From positions 1,712,395-1,776,394 of the forward strand of contig NC_057719.1 in NCBI RefSeq assembly GCF_004010195.1: 64,000 nucleotides of DNA, in the 5' to 3' direction. A model generated the notes under the pieces. That model was given only the letters and a program-made list of their open reading frames with translations. It made no database searches and had not been told where the DNA came from. The stretch is from Chiloscyllium plagiosum. Lineage: Eukaryota. A program made the position numbers and the translations under genes. Below, piece by piece: positions 27,908 through 40,240 of this stretch (positions are counted from its first letter, which is position 1; each line of letters opens with the position of its first letter).

Positions 27908-28093
27908 AATGTGTTGCTGGAAAAGCACAGCAGAGCAGGAGAATCGACGTTTCAGGCATGAGTTTCCTGAAGAAGGGCTTATGCCTGAAACGTCGATTCC
28001 CCTGCTCCTTGGATGCTGCCTGACCTGCTGTGCTTTTCCAGCAACACATTTTTAAGCTCTGATCTCCAGCATCTGCAGTCCTCACTTTCTCCC
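27908..28093. mobile_element. Palindromic PLE-terminal unit with hammerhead core (27967-27994)
   Basis: Inverted arms; CTGAAGA-AGGGCTTATGCCT-GAAA-CGTC. Confidence 0.82.
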
Positions 28094-28139
28094 ATTGATA
28101 ATAGAGCTGAGTAAGATTTGAACCACATTTGGAGGAAAC

Positions 28140-28900
28140 TGTGGCTTGGTGGCATCGTCACTGGATTAGTAATGCAGAGACTGATACTCTGGGCAGATGG
28201 GTTCAAATCCCACTACTGCACTGGTAGAATACAAATTCAATTAATACATCAGGAATTAAAAACTGGCCTCTGTAATGGTGACCATGACAACCATCAAAAC
28301 CAACCTGATTCAATATCCCTCTTTAGGGAGGGAAATGTGCTGTCCTTATCTGGTCTGGCCTACACATGACTGTATCTTTAATGAGAGAGCAGTCCTTTGG
28401 TTGGGTAAGAGTATAGCATCTTTACCTTTTTATACCAAGGGCCACAGGAAAGTGGTTGATTCTCAACTACCCTCTGAAGTGGCCAATGATGCAGTGCTTA
28501 TTCCAGCCCAAGTCCAGCCTGCATGGTGTGGAAGACAGTGAGGCAGGAGTAGAGGATCTGAGGGAGGTGGTAGTAATGTTACTGGACTAATAACCCAGAA
28601 CCCTAATATTCTGAGGGCTTGGGTTTTAATCCTATCAATAAAAATCTTCAGTTAAAAAGCTAGCCTAATGGTGACCACGGAAGCGCTGTTGATTGTTGCA
28701 AAAATCCATCCTGTTCACTTTAGGGAAGAAAATCTGCCATCCATACACGGTCCGAGTTAATGATCCTTACCTCCATGTGAGTCCAGACCCAAAGCAATTG
28801 GTTGATTCTTGACTGCCCTCTACGTAATTAGGAATGGACAATAAAAGGTACTGGCCCTGTCAGTGACGTCCACATCCCATGAATGAATTTTAAAAAAGAA
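28140..28900 (+). mobile_element. Two copies of a tRNA-derived SINE (about 28140-28490 and 28563-28900)
   Basis: Shared gtgg..tcactggactagtaat..gggttcaaatccc..taatggtgacca..tttagggaaggaaat blocks; LINE-like tail cacatcccatgaatgaat. Confidence 0.7.
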
Positions 28901-29454
28901 TAATCGCTCAAATGAGGTGAATTACTGAGGAGAGGAACCATAGACGAGTGAGGGGACAGGAGGCCACAGTTCACAGTCCATTCTTCTGTCAGCTTCCACT
29001 GACTGCTGAGGTACTGAGTGCCATTGCTGTGATCTGCAATATAGAAACATTATGGGACTGGCCAATGTTACACCATCATATCCTAACATGTAACCAAGAA
29101 AGTCCCCATCAGGCAACCTTAAACTGCTGAGTTAAAATGGCAGAGAATGAGGTGCAATGGATAGTACCTAACATCCAATTCAACCTTTCTCCTGCCCTTT
29201 CCCACCAGGCATGTAGGATTGCCAGCATAAAATAGAATGGCCTTGCACAGGAGTCAATTCAGCCCATCATGCTTATGCCAGCTCTTTGAAAGAACCATCC
29301 AGTTAAATCACTCTGCTCCTTCCTTCAAGCCCTGGAAAAAGAAAATCAAACATTTAGCAAATTCTGTTTTCCAAGTTAATGAATTAGCTTTCATCCACCC
29401 TTATGTGCAATGCATTCCAGGTCATAACAACACACTGTGTAAAATAAATTAAAT

Positions 29455-29675
29455 TCAAAAAGTGTGGTGCTGGAAAAGCACAGCAAGTCGGGCAGCACCC
29501 AAGGAGCAGGAGAGTCAATGTTTCAGGCATAAGCTCGTCATCAGATTCCTGATGAAGGGCTTATGCCCGAAATGTCAACTCCCCTGCTCCTCGGATGCTG
29601 CCTGACCTGCTGTGCTTTTTCAGCACCACACTGTTTGACTCTGACTCTCCAGCATCTGCAGTTCTCACTTTCCTC
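29455..29675. mobile_element. Palindromic PLE-terminal unit with hammerhead-like cores on both arms
   Basis: CTGATGA-AGGGCTTATGCCC-GAAA-TGTC at 29549; inverted arm 29457-29544. Confidence 0.82.
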
Positions 29676-29771
29676 TAAAAAAATTAGATGCAAACATCTT
29701 TTTCTCACTAATGCGCAATCAAACTCTTGAGTTCCAGGCTGGAATCTAAGCAGTCCTGGGTATAGGTTATA

Positions 29772-29952
29772 GCTGATAATGTGTTGCTGGAAAAGCGCAG
29801 CAGGTCAGGCAGCATCCAAGGAGCAGGAGAATCGACGTTTCGGGCATGAGCCCTTCTTCATGCCCTTCTCCTGTTCCCTGGATGCTGCCTGACCTGCTTT
29901 TCCAGCAACACATTATCAGCTCTGATCTACAGCATCTGCAGTCCTCACTTTC
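29772..29952. mobile_element. Palindromic PLE-terminal unit; direct repeat TCCTGGGTATAGGTTATA
   Basis: 18-bp direct repeat at 29754-29771 and 29953-29970. Confidence 0.85.
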
Positions 29953-30874
29953 TCCTGGGTATAGGTTATACTCGATACAAAGCACCCCTCTACAATCGTC
30001 TCAGTTAGACTGCAGCATGAACTCAGTCCTGGGTACAGGTTGTTCTATGTACATAGCACCCCTCTACAAGCCTCTGAATTAGACTCCAGCCTGGAACTCT
30101 GCTGGGTATCTGTCATTCTATTTGAATACATTTCCTGCCTCAGTTTGTGAAGTGCTCTCTGTTCTCACTCTTGGATGTGAAAGCGCTGACTCTGGCTTTC
30201 CTCAAAGGAAAGCTCCTTCTGGCAGGATCAGCACACGCCATAATGGGGCCGTTTAGAAAGCTGGCTTTCTTCAAATAAAAACTCAACGTCTTAATCCGTT
30301 CACAGTGTACAGCTAGCATTTCAAAGCAAGGTAATGTCCTGTTGTACCTGCAGCTGGGATCAATCTGTGTTCAATTACTGTGATATTTCACTGCTGTCCC
30401 CTGAAGCATGGACCCATAGAATCAGGAGCACTACACCTGCTCAGAATTAATCATCACTGTAACCCATTCACTGTTAGCATCAATAAGAGGCAGTGATGTT
30501 GAAGTTCTGAGACCCCACTGAATAACGGCAGGAAGATTTAATATTTTTGTTAGGTTTTAATTTGACTATTGAATAATGAATGGGATTTTTGAACGGTGCT
30601 CTGAATATCCTGCTGGCTTTTGGTTGCCATCTTGTGCATGCACTGTCCTGTTATAGTTCCCCGCCAGAACTAGATCTCAGAGAGGGTCAGTCAGTGTTTT
30701 ACCTGGTATTGCAGGACTTTGGTCTCTGCTGAGTTAGCTGATTTCAGGGATATGTTGAAGGGTTTAGATATGTTAAATAAGAGTCAATAATTGCAGGACA
30801 TGAATTTAAAATAATTGACAAGAAAACCTGCGATAACACAAAGCCAAGTGTTTGTTTCTTATTCAAGCGTTTAC

Positions 30875-32216
30875 AGGTTGTTGGAGGGAATCCTGAGGTA
30901 CAGGATGTACATGTATTTGGAAAGGCATGGACTGATTAGGGATAGTCAACATGGCTTTGTGCATGGAAAATAATGTCTCACAAACTTGATTGAGTTTTTT
31001 TGAAGAAGTAACAAAGAGGATTGATGAGGGCAGAGCTATATGACGTGATCTATATGGACTTCAGTAAGATGTTTGACAAGGTTCCCCATAGAAGACCAGT
31101 TAGCAAGGTTAGATCTCTTTGAATACAGGGAGAACTTGCTATTTGGATACAGAACTGGCTCGAAGGTAGAAGACAGAGGGTGGTAATGGAGGGTTATTTT
31201 TCAGACTGGAGGCCTGTGACCAGTGGAGTGTCACAAGGATCGGTGCTGGGTCCACTGCTTTTTGTCATTTTTATATAAATGATTTGGATATGATATAGGA
31301 GGTATATAGTAAGTTTGCAGCTGACACCAAAATCAGAGGTGTAGTGGAAAGCAAATCTTAGCTGGACTTATACACTAAATGGTTATTCCTGATGAAGGGC
31401 TTTTGCCTGAAACGTCGATTTTACTGCTCGTCGGATGCTGCCTGAATTGCTGTGCTCTTCCAGCACCACTGATCCAGAATCCATTATACACTTAATGGTA
31501 AGGTCCTAGGCCATGTTGCTGAACAAAGAAACCTTGGATTGAAGGTTCATAGTTCCTTGGAAGTGGAGTCGCAGGTAAATAGGATAGTGAAGGTAGCTTT
31601 TGGTATGCTTTCCTTTATTGGTCAGAGCATTGAGTATAGGAGTTGGGAGGTCATGTTGCGGCTGTACAGGACATTGGTTATTGTGTGCTATTCTGGTCTC
31701 CTTCCTATTGAAAGGATGTTATGAAATTGAAAGGGTTCAGAAAAGATTTACAAGGATGTTGGCAGGGTTGGAGGATTTGAGCTATAGGGAGAGGCTGAAT
31801 AGGCTGGGACTGTTTTCCCTGGAGCGTTGAAGACTGAGGGGTGACTTCATAGAGGTTCATAAAATCATGAGGGGCATGGATAGGGTAAATGGACAAAGTA
31901 TTTTCCCTGGGGTGGGGGAGTCTAGAACAAGAAGACATAGATTTAGGATGAGAGGGAAAGGATATAAAAGGAACCTAAGGGGCAACTTTATCACGCAGAG
32001 GGTGGTACGTGTATGGAATGAGCTGCCAGAGGAAGTGGTGGAGGCTGGTACAATTACAACATTTAAAAGGCATCTGGATGGGTACATGAATAGGAAGTAT
32101 TTGGAGGGATGTGGGCCACGTGCTGATAAATGGGACTAGATAAAGTTGGGATATCTGGTTGGCATGGACCAGTTGGACCCAAGGGTCTGTTCCTGTGCTG
32201 TGCATATCTATGATTC
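30875..32216 (+). mobile_element. CR1 LINE (RT to tail) with internal deletion and nested PLE end (31384-31483)
   Basis: RT motifs and NFITQRVVRVWNELP; nested piece flanked by the 16-bp duplication TTATACACT(A/T)AATGGT. Confidence 0.9.
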
Positions 32217-32219
32217 TTT

Positions 32220-32545
32220 GAGAGGCATAGATTGAGTGGATAGCCAGAGACATTTTCTCAGGGTGGAAATGTCTATCACGAGGGAGCATAATTTTAAGGT
32301 GATTGGAGGAAGGTTTGGGGATATGTCAGAGGTAGGTTCTTTACTCAGAGAGTGGTGGGTGTGTGGAATACACTGCCAGCAGTGGGAGTAGAGTCAGAGA
32401 CATTAGGGACATTTAAGCGACTCTTGGATAGGCACATGGAAATTAGTTCAATAAAGGGTAAGTAGGTTAATCTGATCTTAGAGTAGGATAAAAGGCCGGC
32501 ACAACTTGGAACAGTACACTCTGCTGTACTGTTCTATATTTGCAA
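32220..32545 (+). mobile_element. CR1 3' end (second subfamily)
   Basis: GRFFTQRVVGVWNTLP and tail. Confidence 0.8.
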
Positions 32546-33033
32546 TGTGCTACCTGATAGCACAGTAATATGTTTCAAAGAAATTGGGAAAATATTAAGG
32601 GAAGAAAAAAGTGCAGGGGTGTGGGGTGAGGTGGAAGTTGGACAAACTGGATTGCTTTACAAAAGCTATAGTAAAGACGAAGTGGGCCGAATGGCCTCTG
32701 CCTATGTTGTGCTATTCTATGTTCTAAAGGAACCAATCAGTCAGGGTTCCTGTTTCTGGGCATTATTAGGTGACCCTGTTTAGACAATTTGCAGTTGAAT
32801 GGTGCAGAAGGATAATGTTCAGTCGAACATAGTCACACGGGATGAGTGGCCTGAAACTCCACTGTTGAGATTCACACTCAGAAAGACGTTCAATCCTGTG
32901 AACCACAGCAGCATAGCCAGAGCCTGTGAAATCATATATTCTTGCTTCGTCCTCCACGGCTATACCTCTTACCTCCCTATCTCTGTCCTCTAGCTCTCGG
33001 ATTCTACCAAGGGCTCTGCACTCCCAATTCTGG

Positions 33034-33192
33034 CCTCTTGTCCATCTCCATTCTGTTTGACCCACCACTGGTGGCCATGTCTTTTAGTAGCCTTCAGCTT
33101 GGAAATCCCCCCAGTAAACATCAGCATCTCTCCTCCTACTCCTGGACACTATTTAACAACTAGCACTATAACCAGCCTTTTGGTCATCTTTA

Positions 33193-33231
<39 letters not shown>

Positions 33232-33400
33232 TTTTCACCTCTTGTCCATCTCCATTCTGTTTGACCCACCACTGGTGGCCATGTCTTTTAGTTGCCTTCA
33301 GCTTGGAAATCCCCCCAGTAAACATCAGCATCTCTCCTCCTCCTCCTGGGCACTATTTAACAACTAGCACTATGACCAGCCTTTTGGTCATCTTTATGAT
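33034..33400. repeat. Tandem duplication of 163 bp separated by a (TA)n microsatellite
   Basis: 33034-33196 and 33238-33400 are near-identical; (TA)n at about 33196-33227. Confidence 0.95.
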
Positions 33401-33406
33401 GAATTA

Positions 33407-34278
33407 TGTGAGATTATATATATATATTTTTTTTTCAGAGTTTGAATTTCAAACTAGTGGGGGTTGGTGACTTTTTTTGTAAAATTTGGGGAGAGAAACA
33501 CAAAACTTAAGAAAGTTCTCCCTGGAACCATGACCTAATCTAGCATGTGTCAAAGAGCGGGGAAACAGCATATTAGTGGAAAATAGTTTGTGTTACACTG
33601 AGTTTATCAGTGGTAGAGGAAAATTGAGAACTATTAGCTTGATTTTAGTTAAGGATAATCAAGGATTGATTTAGCTTCGGAAACTCAGAGTGCAAGTTTT
33701 TAAATGGTTTAAATGGTGTGACTGGGGTCAGAAACACAATATAATTGCCCTGCCAGAAAGGAATAGAGAACAGTTCAGGAAATAAGTTGCCTCAGTATAA
33801 TGTTCATTTGAGTAAGAGCAAGAGTATTTGGTTAGAAACTGCAGGTGATTAAAAGCTGAGCAAGTCGAAGCTTTCAGTTTGCAAGCATTGTGAAGAAGGC
33901 TTCACCATTTACAGGAAAGAACTGGGTTGAATTGAATCAGTTAAGTTGAACATGAAGATCTGAAAGAGTGGGCTAATCTCTCTGGATTTGAATTTCTGTA
34001 AAGAGATGGTGTTTGAGAGTAGAGTGGAGCCTATGTTTTGCTGTGTGTCTTAAGATCTTTTGAAACTGTGTTCTTTTTTTAAATAGCTTGCTTTGTTTTA
34101 TTACTGTTGTTCTTTTTATGTAATAAACTTCTGTTTGTTTTAAGAAAAGTATACAGCCTCTGTGCTCATGTTTCACTGGATGAACCCCATGTTAAATAAG
34201 AAAAAAAAGATCTATCAAGCCAGATTTCACTTTGGGATCTGACTGTCCAGTAGTAATGTCAGTGAGGGTCATAGTACC
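33407..34278 (+). mobile_element. Possible solo LTR
   Basis: Starts TGTGAG; AATAAA in the 3' third; ends ggatctgactgtccagtagtaatgtcagtgagggtcatagta, resembling shark LTR ends. No TSD verified. Confidence 0.3.
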
Positions 34279-34478
34279 TTGCTAATATTTTGACTTGTTA
34301 ACTGCTTTTGTCTCCTGTCATTTTTGCAAGAAGCTTCTGAGACCTTTCATTGTCGTAAAGGAACTCTATAAATGCAAGTTGTTGTTGAGTGAGCTCAGCT
34401 AGCTGAACATACACTGGGCCACCTTTTAGACGGTCAGTAAATGTACTGAGCAGGTGTTTTTATTCTCACTACTCACAG

Positions 34479-34540
34479 GTGTTGATCCTCAGAAAGGTGA
34501 ATTGGACTTGAATGGCATCGATGACAATGAAATCGATAGG
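34479..34540 (+). CDS. BRF1: BRF1 internal coding exon (62 nt, phase 1 to 0): (G)VDPQKGELDLNGIDDNEIDR
   Basis: Acceptor ...ctactcacag, donor AGG|gtaagg. Peptide matches the vertebrate BRF1 motif GELDLSGIDDLEIDR. Confidence 0.93.
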
Positions 34541-35521
34541 GTAAGGTCATTCTGTAGCCCTTATGAAAGGTAATGTGAGATTGTAGATTACCTTGTGTTA
34601 AAAAAGAAAAGGTAAAATGAGCAACTCTCTCACCATCTGCACCAGCTAGTTGTCAAAGAATCTGGTTTCAACACTGTAATCACATTTTATGGTTTCTCTT
34701 TTCTCTCCGTAAGCCCTCATTTGGGATAAGTAACTTTGTATAATAGCTTATTGTTACTCATCCAGAATATCATATAGTGTTAGGATTGTACAATGTACTC
34801 AGAATGATAGCTTTTTATCTCAGAGAGTTGGATTCTGAATCTGAAGAGCAGATGAGGAGTAAATTGTCATTTGCACCCTGTGATTCTCTCTCACTCCTCC
34901 TTTCATCTCTCTCTCTCTCTTTCGTTTTTTCTCTCTCTCTCACTCTGTCCAGAACATGCACCCTCCCCATCCTGCACACCTTATCCTCTGCTCTGTAGCC
35001 ATCCCCTGATGTAGCTGCATTGCAGGTTTGATGGTGACACTGAATAAGATTGAAGTTTAATTTCCTAGCACTACCATCTCTCAGCTGAGGAACATTATGT
35101 AGAATAATTCACTCTTTTGGTTTATATTTTTGTTTTGATATTGGGAAGGTTTTGATAGCATTGCCTTCAGCAATGGCACACTGCCTTATAGAAGGCTTTG
35201 CTATTGTGACTTTCCTTTCAGTGAGATGGCAGTTCTGATGAACAGGGACAGAAAAAATAAATCTGCAAGAAACCTTTGTACCACTTACTGTTGGCAGTTT
35301 GCAATGAATTGTAGGTAGATCACCCACCTGACTATCCTAAAATAAACCACTCTCCCTCTCCCATCACACCTGTATGGAGAACTTTAAATTCCTACCCTAA
35401 TTTGCGTACCTTTCCATGCCACCCCCCGCCATGCCTGGAAACTTATCCAACTTTCTGACCTTCCCAGAGTCTTATCCATCTAGCTGCATGCAGAGAGTCA
35501 CCTACAAACATGGCCTCTTTT

Positions 35522-35842
35522 ATTAGATTTGATTAGATTCCCTACAGTGTGGAAACAGGCCCTTCAGCCCAACCAGTCCACACTGACCCTCCGAAGAGTA
35601 ACCCACCCAGACCCATTTCCCTCTGATGAATGCACCTAACATTATGGGCAATTTACCACGGCCAATCCACCTGATCTGCACATCTTTGGACTGTGGGAAG
35701 AAGCTGGAGCATCCGGAGGAAACCCACGCAGACACGGGGAGAATGTGCAAACTCCACCCGGACAGTCGCCCGAGGCTGGAATCGAACCTGGGACCCTGGT
35801 GCTGTGACGTAGCAGTGCTAAGTACTGTGCCACCGTGCCACC
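35522..35842 (-). mobile_element. Full-length HE1-like V-SINE
   Basis: A and B boxes, V-domain and tail. Confidence 0.9.
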
Positions 35843-36599
35843 CTAATATTCCTCACAATCCCAGCAGACCAGTTAAAGTACATTGTTTGCATTGCATAGA
35901 TTCCTGGATTCTAACAGGAGGAGCTTTCACCAGTGGAAGCGTGCTGGTGGCATCCTGACCATTATAGCAAACTGTACATTCCCTTACTGACATCTTAATT
36001 GGGTCTTTGCCTAGTTAAGTATTATCTGTTTTGCTGAGGAGTTGCTGTATTCTCCCACCCTTGGTATATCAGCAAGCTGTCGAGGCCTAACAGTAGTGAA
36101 GAAATAGGACCACGCCCTCAACATGGCACAGAAAAAATGTTGAACACTCTGCTCAAAATCCCCCCCAGAACTAAAATCAGACCTGATTCAAGGTGAAAAC
36201 TTAAGTACTGCAACAATGTCATAGGGGCAGGAAATTAATACTCAAGTGTTTGGATACTCTTTGAGCCTGCTTATGACAATGTTTGATTCCACTGCTGTGA
36301 AAGAGGGCATGGACACATTCATCTCGCAACGAGAAGGACTGCAGGCAGCTCAGCATAACTTGTCTGACTTCTGGACTGTTGTCTCTGGCGTCTGTCTGAG
36401 GCTCCGTCATTACATGTTGCATCATTTTAAAACATTGTTTTCCATCTGTTCACTGACAAAACCTAGCTCCATCTCATCATCCCCTTGTGTTACTAAGAAC
36501 ACTTATCCAACATGCAGTACTGGCTGAGCAGAAATTTCCTCTCCTTAAACATTATGAAGTCAGTGGTGTAGTTGTAAATGCCATGTAAAAGTAGTGGGG

Positions 36600-37030
36600 G
36601 AAGTGCCAAGAGACCTTGGTGTCCTTGTACACCAGTCACTGAAGGTAAGCATGCAGGTGCTGCAAGCCCTAAAGAAGGCAGATGGAAAGCTGACCTTCAT
36701 AGCAAGAGAATTCAAGTACAGGAGCAGAGCTGTCTCGCTGCAATTGTACAAGACCTTGGTGAGACCACGCCTGGAGTATCGTGTGTAGTTTTTTGTCTCC
36801 TTTTCTGAGGAAGGATGCTCTTGCTATAGAGGGAGAGCAGCGAAGGTTTACCAGACTGATTCCTGGGATGGCAGGAGTAATTAATGAAGAGAGATTGGAT
36901 CAGTCAGGGCTATAGTCATTGGAATTTAGAAGAATGATGGGGGATTGCATGGAAACCTATAAAATTCTAGACCGAGTAAATGCAGAAAGGATGTCCCAAT
37001 GACCAGGAAGGCCAGAACCATGTCTAAGGG
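36600..37030 (+). mobile_element. CR1 ORF2 C-terminal fragment
   Basis: RDLGVLVHQSLKVS..LYKTLVRPRLEY. Confidence 0.85.
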
Positions 37031-37035
37031 ATGTA

Positions 37036-37720
37036 GAGAAAGTGATGACTGCAGATGCTGGAGACCAGAATTGAAAAGTGTGGTGCTGGAAAAACACAGC
37101 AGGCCAGGCAGCATCCGAGGAGCAGGAGAATCGACGTTTCAGGCATAAGTTCATCTTCAGGAATGAGGCTGGTGTGCCAAGCGGGCTGAGATAAAGGGTA
37201 GGTGAAAGGAGGTGAGGGTGAGGGTGATAGGCCGGAGAGGTCGGGAAGAAGATTGCAGGTCAATAGGGCGGTGCTGAATCCAGGGGTTGGGACTGAGATA
37301 AGGTGTGGGTGAGGGGAAATGAGGAAGCTGGAGAAATCAACATTCATCCCGTGTGGTTGGAGGGTTCCTAGGCGGAACTACATGGGATGACTGTGGATTT
37401 CTCCAGCTTCCTCATTTCCCCTACTCCCACCTTATCTCAGTCCCAACCCCTGGATTCAGCATCGCCCTCGTGACCTGCAATCTTCTTCCCGACCTCTCCG
37501 CCCCCACCCCCTCTCCGGCCAGCATCCTCACCCTCACCTCCTTCCACCTATCGTATTCCCAGTGCCCTTCCCCTAAATTCCCTCCCCCCTACCCTTTATC
37601 TCAGCTCGCTTGGCACACCAGCCTCATTCCTGAAGAAGGGCTTATGCCCGAAACGTCGATTCTCCTGCTCCCCGGATGCTGCCTGGCCTGCTGTGTTTTT
37701 CCAGCACCACACTTTTCAAC
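37036..37720. mobile_element. Large inverted pair of Neptune-type PLE 3' ends (about 300-bp arms), each with a hammerhead motif
   Basis: 37070-37352 is approximately the reverse complement of 37380-37720; intact core at 37630-37657. Confidence 0.88.
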
Positions 37721-37849
37721 TAAGGACATGGAGTCTACCTCTGTGACTTAATTGAGCCCTACTCCCACCAGATTCCTACACTCACTCCTCCTGTGCAGCC
37801 CAGATTTTAACAGCTCTGTTATTAGTGACTATGCCAGAGGAGGTTTAGT

Positions 37850-38410
37850 ACCTGGAATGGTCAAGTTGTCTTATGAGGAAGGGTTGGACAGGCCAGACCC
37901 TATAGACTGGAGAAAACTGAGACTTGATTAAATCATAAAATTCTAGAGGGGGCCTTGACAGTGTGGATGGGGAGAGGATGTATCCTCTTATGGGGGAATC
38001 TCGAAAAAGGAATCTTGGTTTAAAAGTCAAGGGCTGTCCATTTCAAAAGATGAGGCAAAACCTTTTTTTCTGAAGGTAAAGAGATTTTGAAATTCTCTTC
38101 CTAAAAAGGTGATCACTCTTGTGGCAGAGGTAAATGGAGTTGAAACTTTATTGCTGGAACAGCACAGCAGGTCAGGCAGCATCCAGGGGATGAGGCAAAA
38201 CCTTTTTTTCTGAAGGTAAAGAGATTTTGAAATTCTCTTCCTAAAAAGGTGATCACTCTTGTAGCAGAGGTAAATGGATTCTTGTTAAGCAATGGTGGTG
38301 AAATCTCAGGGGAGGTGAGGGAATATGGAGTTGTGGTTACAGTCATGACTCTATTGAATGGTGGAGCTGGCTCGAAGGGCTGAATGGCCTATTCCTACTC
38401 CTGATTCATT
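37850..38410 (+). mobile_element. Old CR1 3' region containing a 90-bp duplication around a PLE fragment
   Basis: 38049-38138 equals 38189-38278 with one mismatch; 38139-38188 is PLE terminal sequence. Confidence 0.8.
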
Positions 38411-38474
38411 TGTTATACATTGAGCTGCTGTAGTGAAATTCCACATTAAGCTGTGGAATTTCTCCCTGAGCCCC

Positions 38475-38509
38475 TCTCTCTCTTTCTCTCGCTCTCGCTC
38501 TCGCTCTTG

Positions 38510-38577
<68 letters not shown>
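38475..38577. repeat. (CT)/(CTCGCT)-rich run plus (CA)n microsatellite
   Basis: About 30 CA units at 38515-38577. Confidence 0.97.
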
Positions 38578-38581
<4 letters not shown>

Positions 38582-38932
38582 CACATCTCCTTTGTTAAAC
38601 TCTACATAACCCATAACCCTACCTTCTTGACTCAGGCTTTAGGTCATCTGCCCTAATAAATACTTGTAACATTCTGCGAAATTCTATTTGATAATATTCT
38701 TATGAAATGTCTTAAGATGTTTCACTGCACTAAAGGAACTCTATAAATAAAAGTCGTAGGAGGGACTTAATCAGTCTTTGTGACTGAATGACAAGGAATG
38801 CTAATGTATCTTCAATTATCTGTCAGAAAGTGGTGTATTGCTGTTCTTTCACTTTAGCCATCCTGAAGCTTCATCAGCTCCTTATGCAGGTGACCTTCAG
38901 CTATGATTGTATCTTGTCTTTTTTTTGTGCAG

Positions 38933-39014
38933 TATCTGCTCAACGAGAAGGAGGTGGAAATGAAAACTGAGCTGTGGCTGAGAGAGAACGCAGATTACCT
39001 GAAGGAGCAAAAGG
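38933..39014 (+). CDS. BRF1: BRF1 internal coding exon (82 nt, phase 0 to 1): YLLNEKEVEMKTELWLRENADYLKEQK
   Basis: Polypyrimidine tract plus tgcag acceptor, donor G|gtgagt. Matches BRF1 [27 protein letters not shown] in the TBP-binding domain. Confidence 0.95.
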
Positions 39015-39917
39015 GTGAGTATATGTGAGAAAGATGGGAAAGAATTGGAAAGGGTAGAGGAGTTGGAGAGCCAGAACTCTGGCAAGTGTGTTTCTAAGGA
39101 CGAGGGTAGAATGGAGCAGGGAGATTTGTAACACGTTCCCGTTTCACATCAAACCATGCAATCTGGAATCAGTGGGATTAAATCAAGGTCAATCCCAAAT
39201 TCAATTCCAAATGCCTTTTTTTGTAGAAATAAAAGCAGGAAGTGTTATAGGTTAGTGAATGCCAGTGGGAGGCCAGCAAACCCAGTGAGTGGGTACACAT
39301 CAATTGAACCTTCATCCAAAGTGTTTCCACATGCTGACAATTTGCTTATCTCCAGCATTTTCGGCTTCACCACGAGGTTTCAGAAAGTGGTTTCCGTCTC
39401 CACCATAAAGCCACATCACCTGTAGTGCATTGTGATTTTTATTAATTCATTAGGCTAGATAACATCTGCACAGTTAAAAGTATGGAATAAGTAATGAGCT
39501 GTGTGTAGGTACTTAGAATCTGACAGCTGCACAGTCGTGTGTGCATCCTACAGGGAACGGTCACACTTATTCACAAGGCTGCAATGTAAATGAGCTTGGT
39601 CATTTAACCTATGCACATGGGGAAAAATAAACAGAAATCCCACTCTGTTAAATTATTCCAGAGTTTTTGTGCTGAATATTTAGTACACTTGGAGATCCGT
39701 TCCATTCTGATAGCGACTGCGCTTCAAAATAGTACTTAACTCTGTAAACCATCTGATGTCATGAGGACAGATAAGGCACCAGTGAGGTAATGGTTGTCTT
39801 CATTACAAAATTACAGACACAAGAGACTGAACACAAGATCAGCCAAGCACCTGTATTTTCTAGTTTGAGTGGCCATTTGTCTTCTGTTGAGAATCAATTT
39901 GACTGTAGTATACACAT

Positions 39918-40240
39918 CATGGTGGCTCAGTGGTTAGCACTGCTGCCTCATAGCAGCAAGAAGCCCGGCTCGATTCCAGCCTCAGGTGTCTGTGTGGAGT
40001 TTACACATTCTCCCCGTGTCTGTGTGGGTTTCCTTTGGGTGCTTTGGTTTCCTTCCATAGTCCAAAGATGTTCAGGTTGGGTGGATTGACTATGGTAAAT
40101 TGCCCATAGTGTTCAGGGATGTGCAGGCTAGATGGATTAGCCATGGGGAATGCAGGATTACAGGGATGGGGTGGGTCTGGGTAGGATGCTCTTTAAAGTG
40201 TCGGTATGGACTCGATGGACACAATGGAGGGATTCTGTCA
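39918..40240 (+). mobile_element. HE1-like SINE (the only + strand copy seen)
   Basis: ATGGTGGCTCAGTGGTTAGCACTGCTGCCTCA..TGTGTGGAGTTTACACATTCTCCCCGTGTC. Confidence 0.85.

Noticed and set aside
33057..33470. 137-aa ORF with internal repeat and IYIYIY run
   Set aside because: By-product of the tandem duplication and the (TA)n microsatellite.
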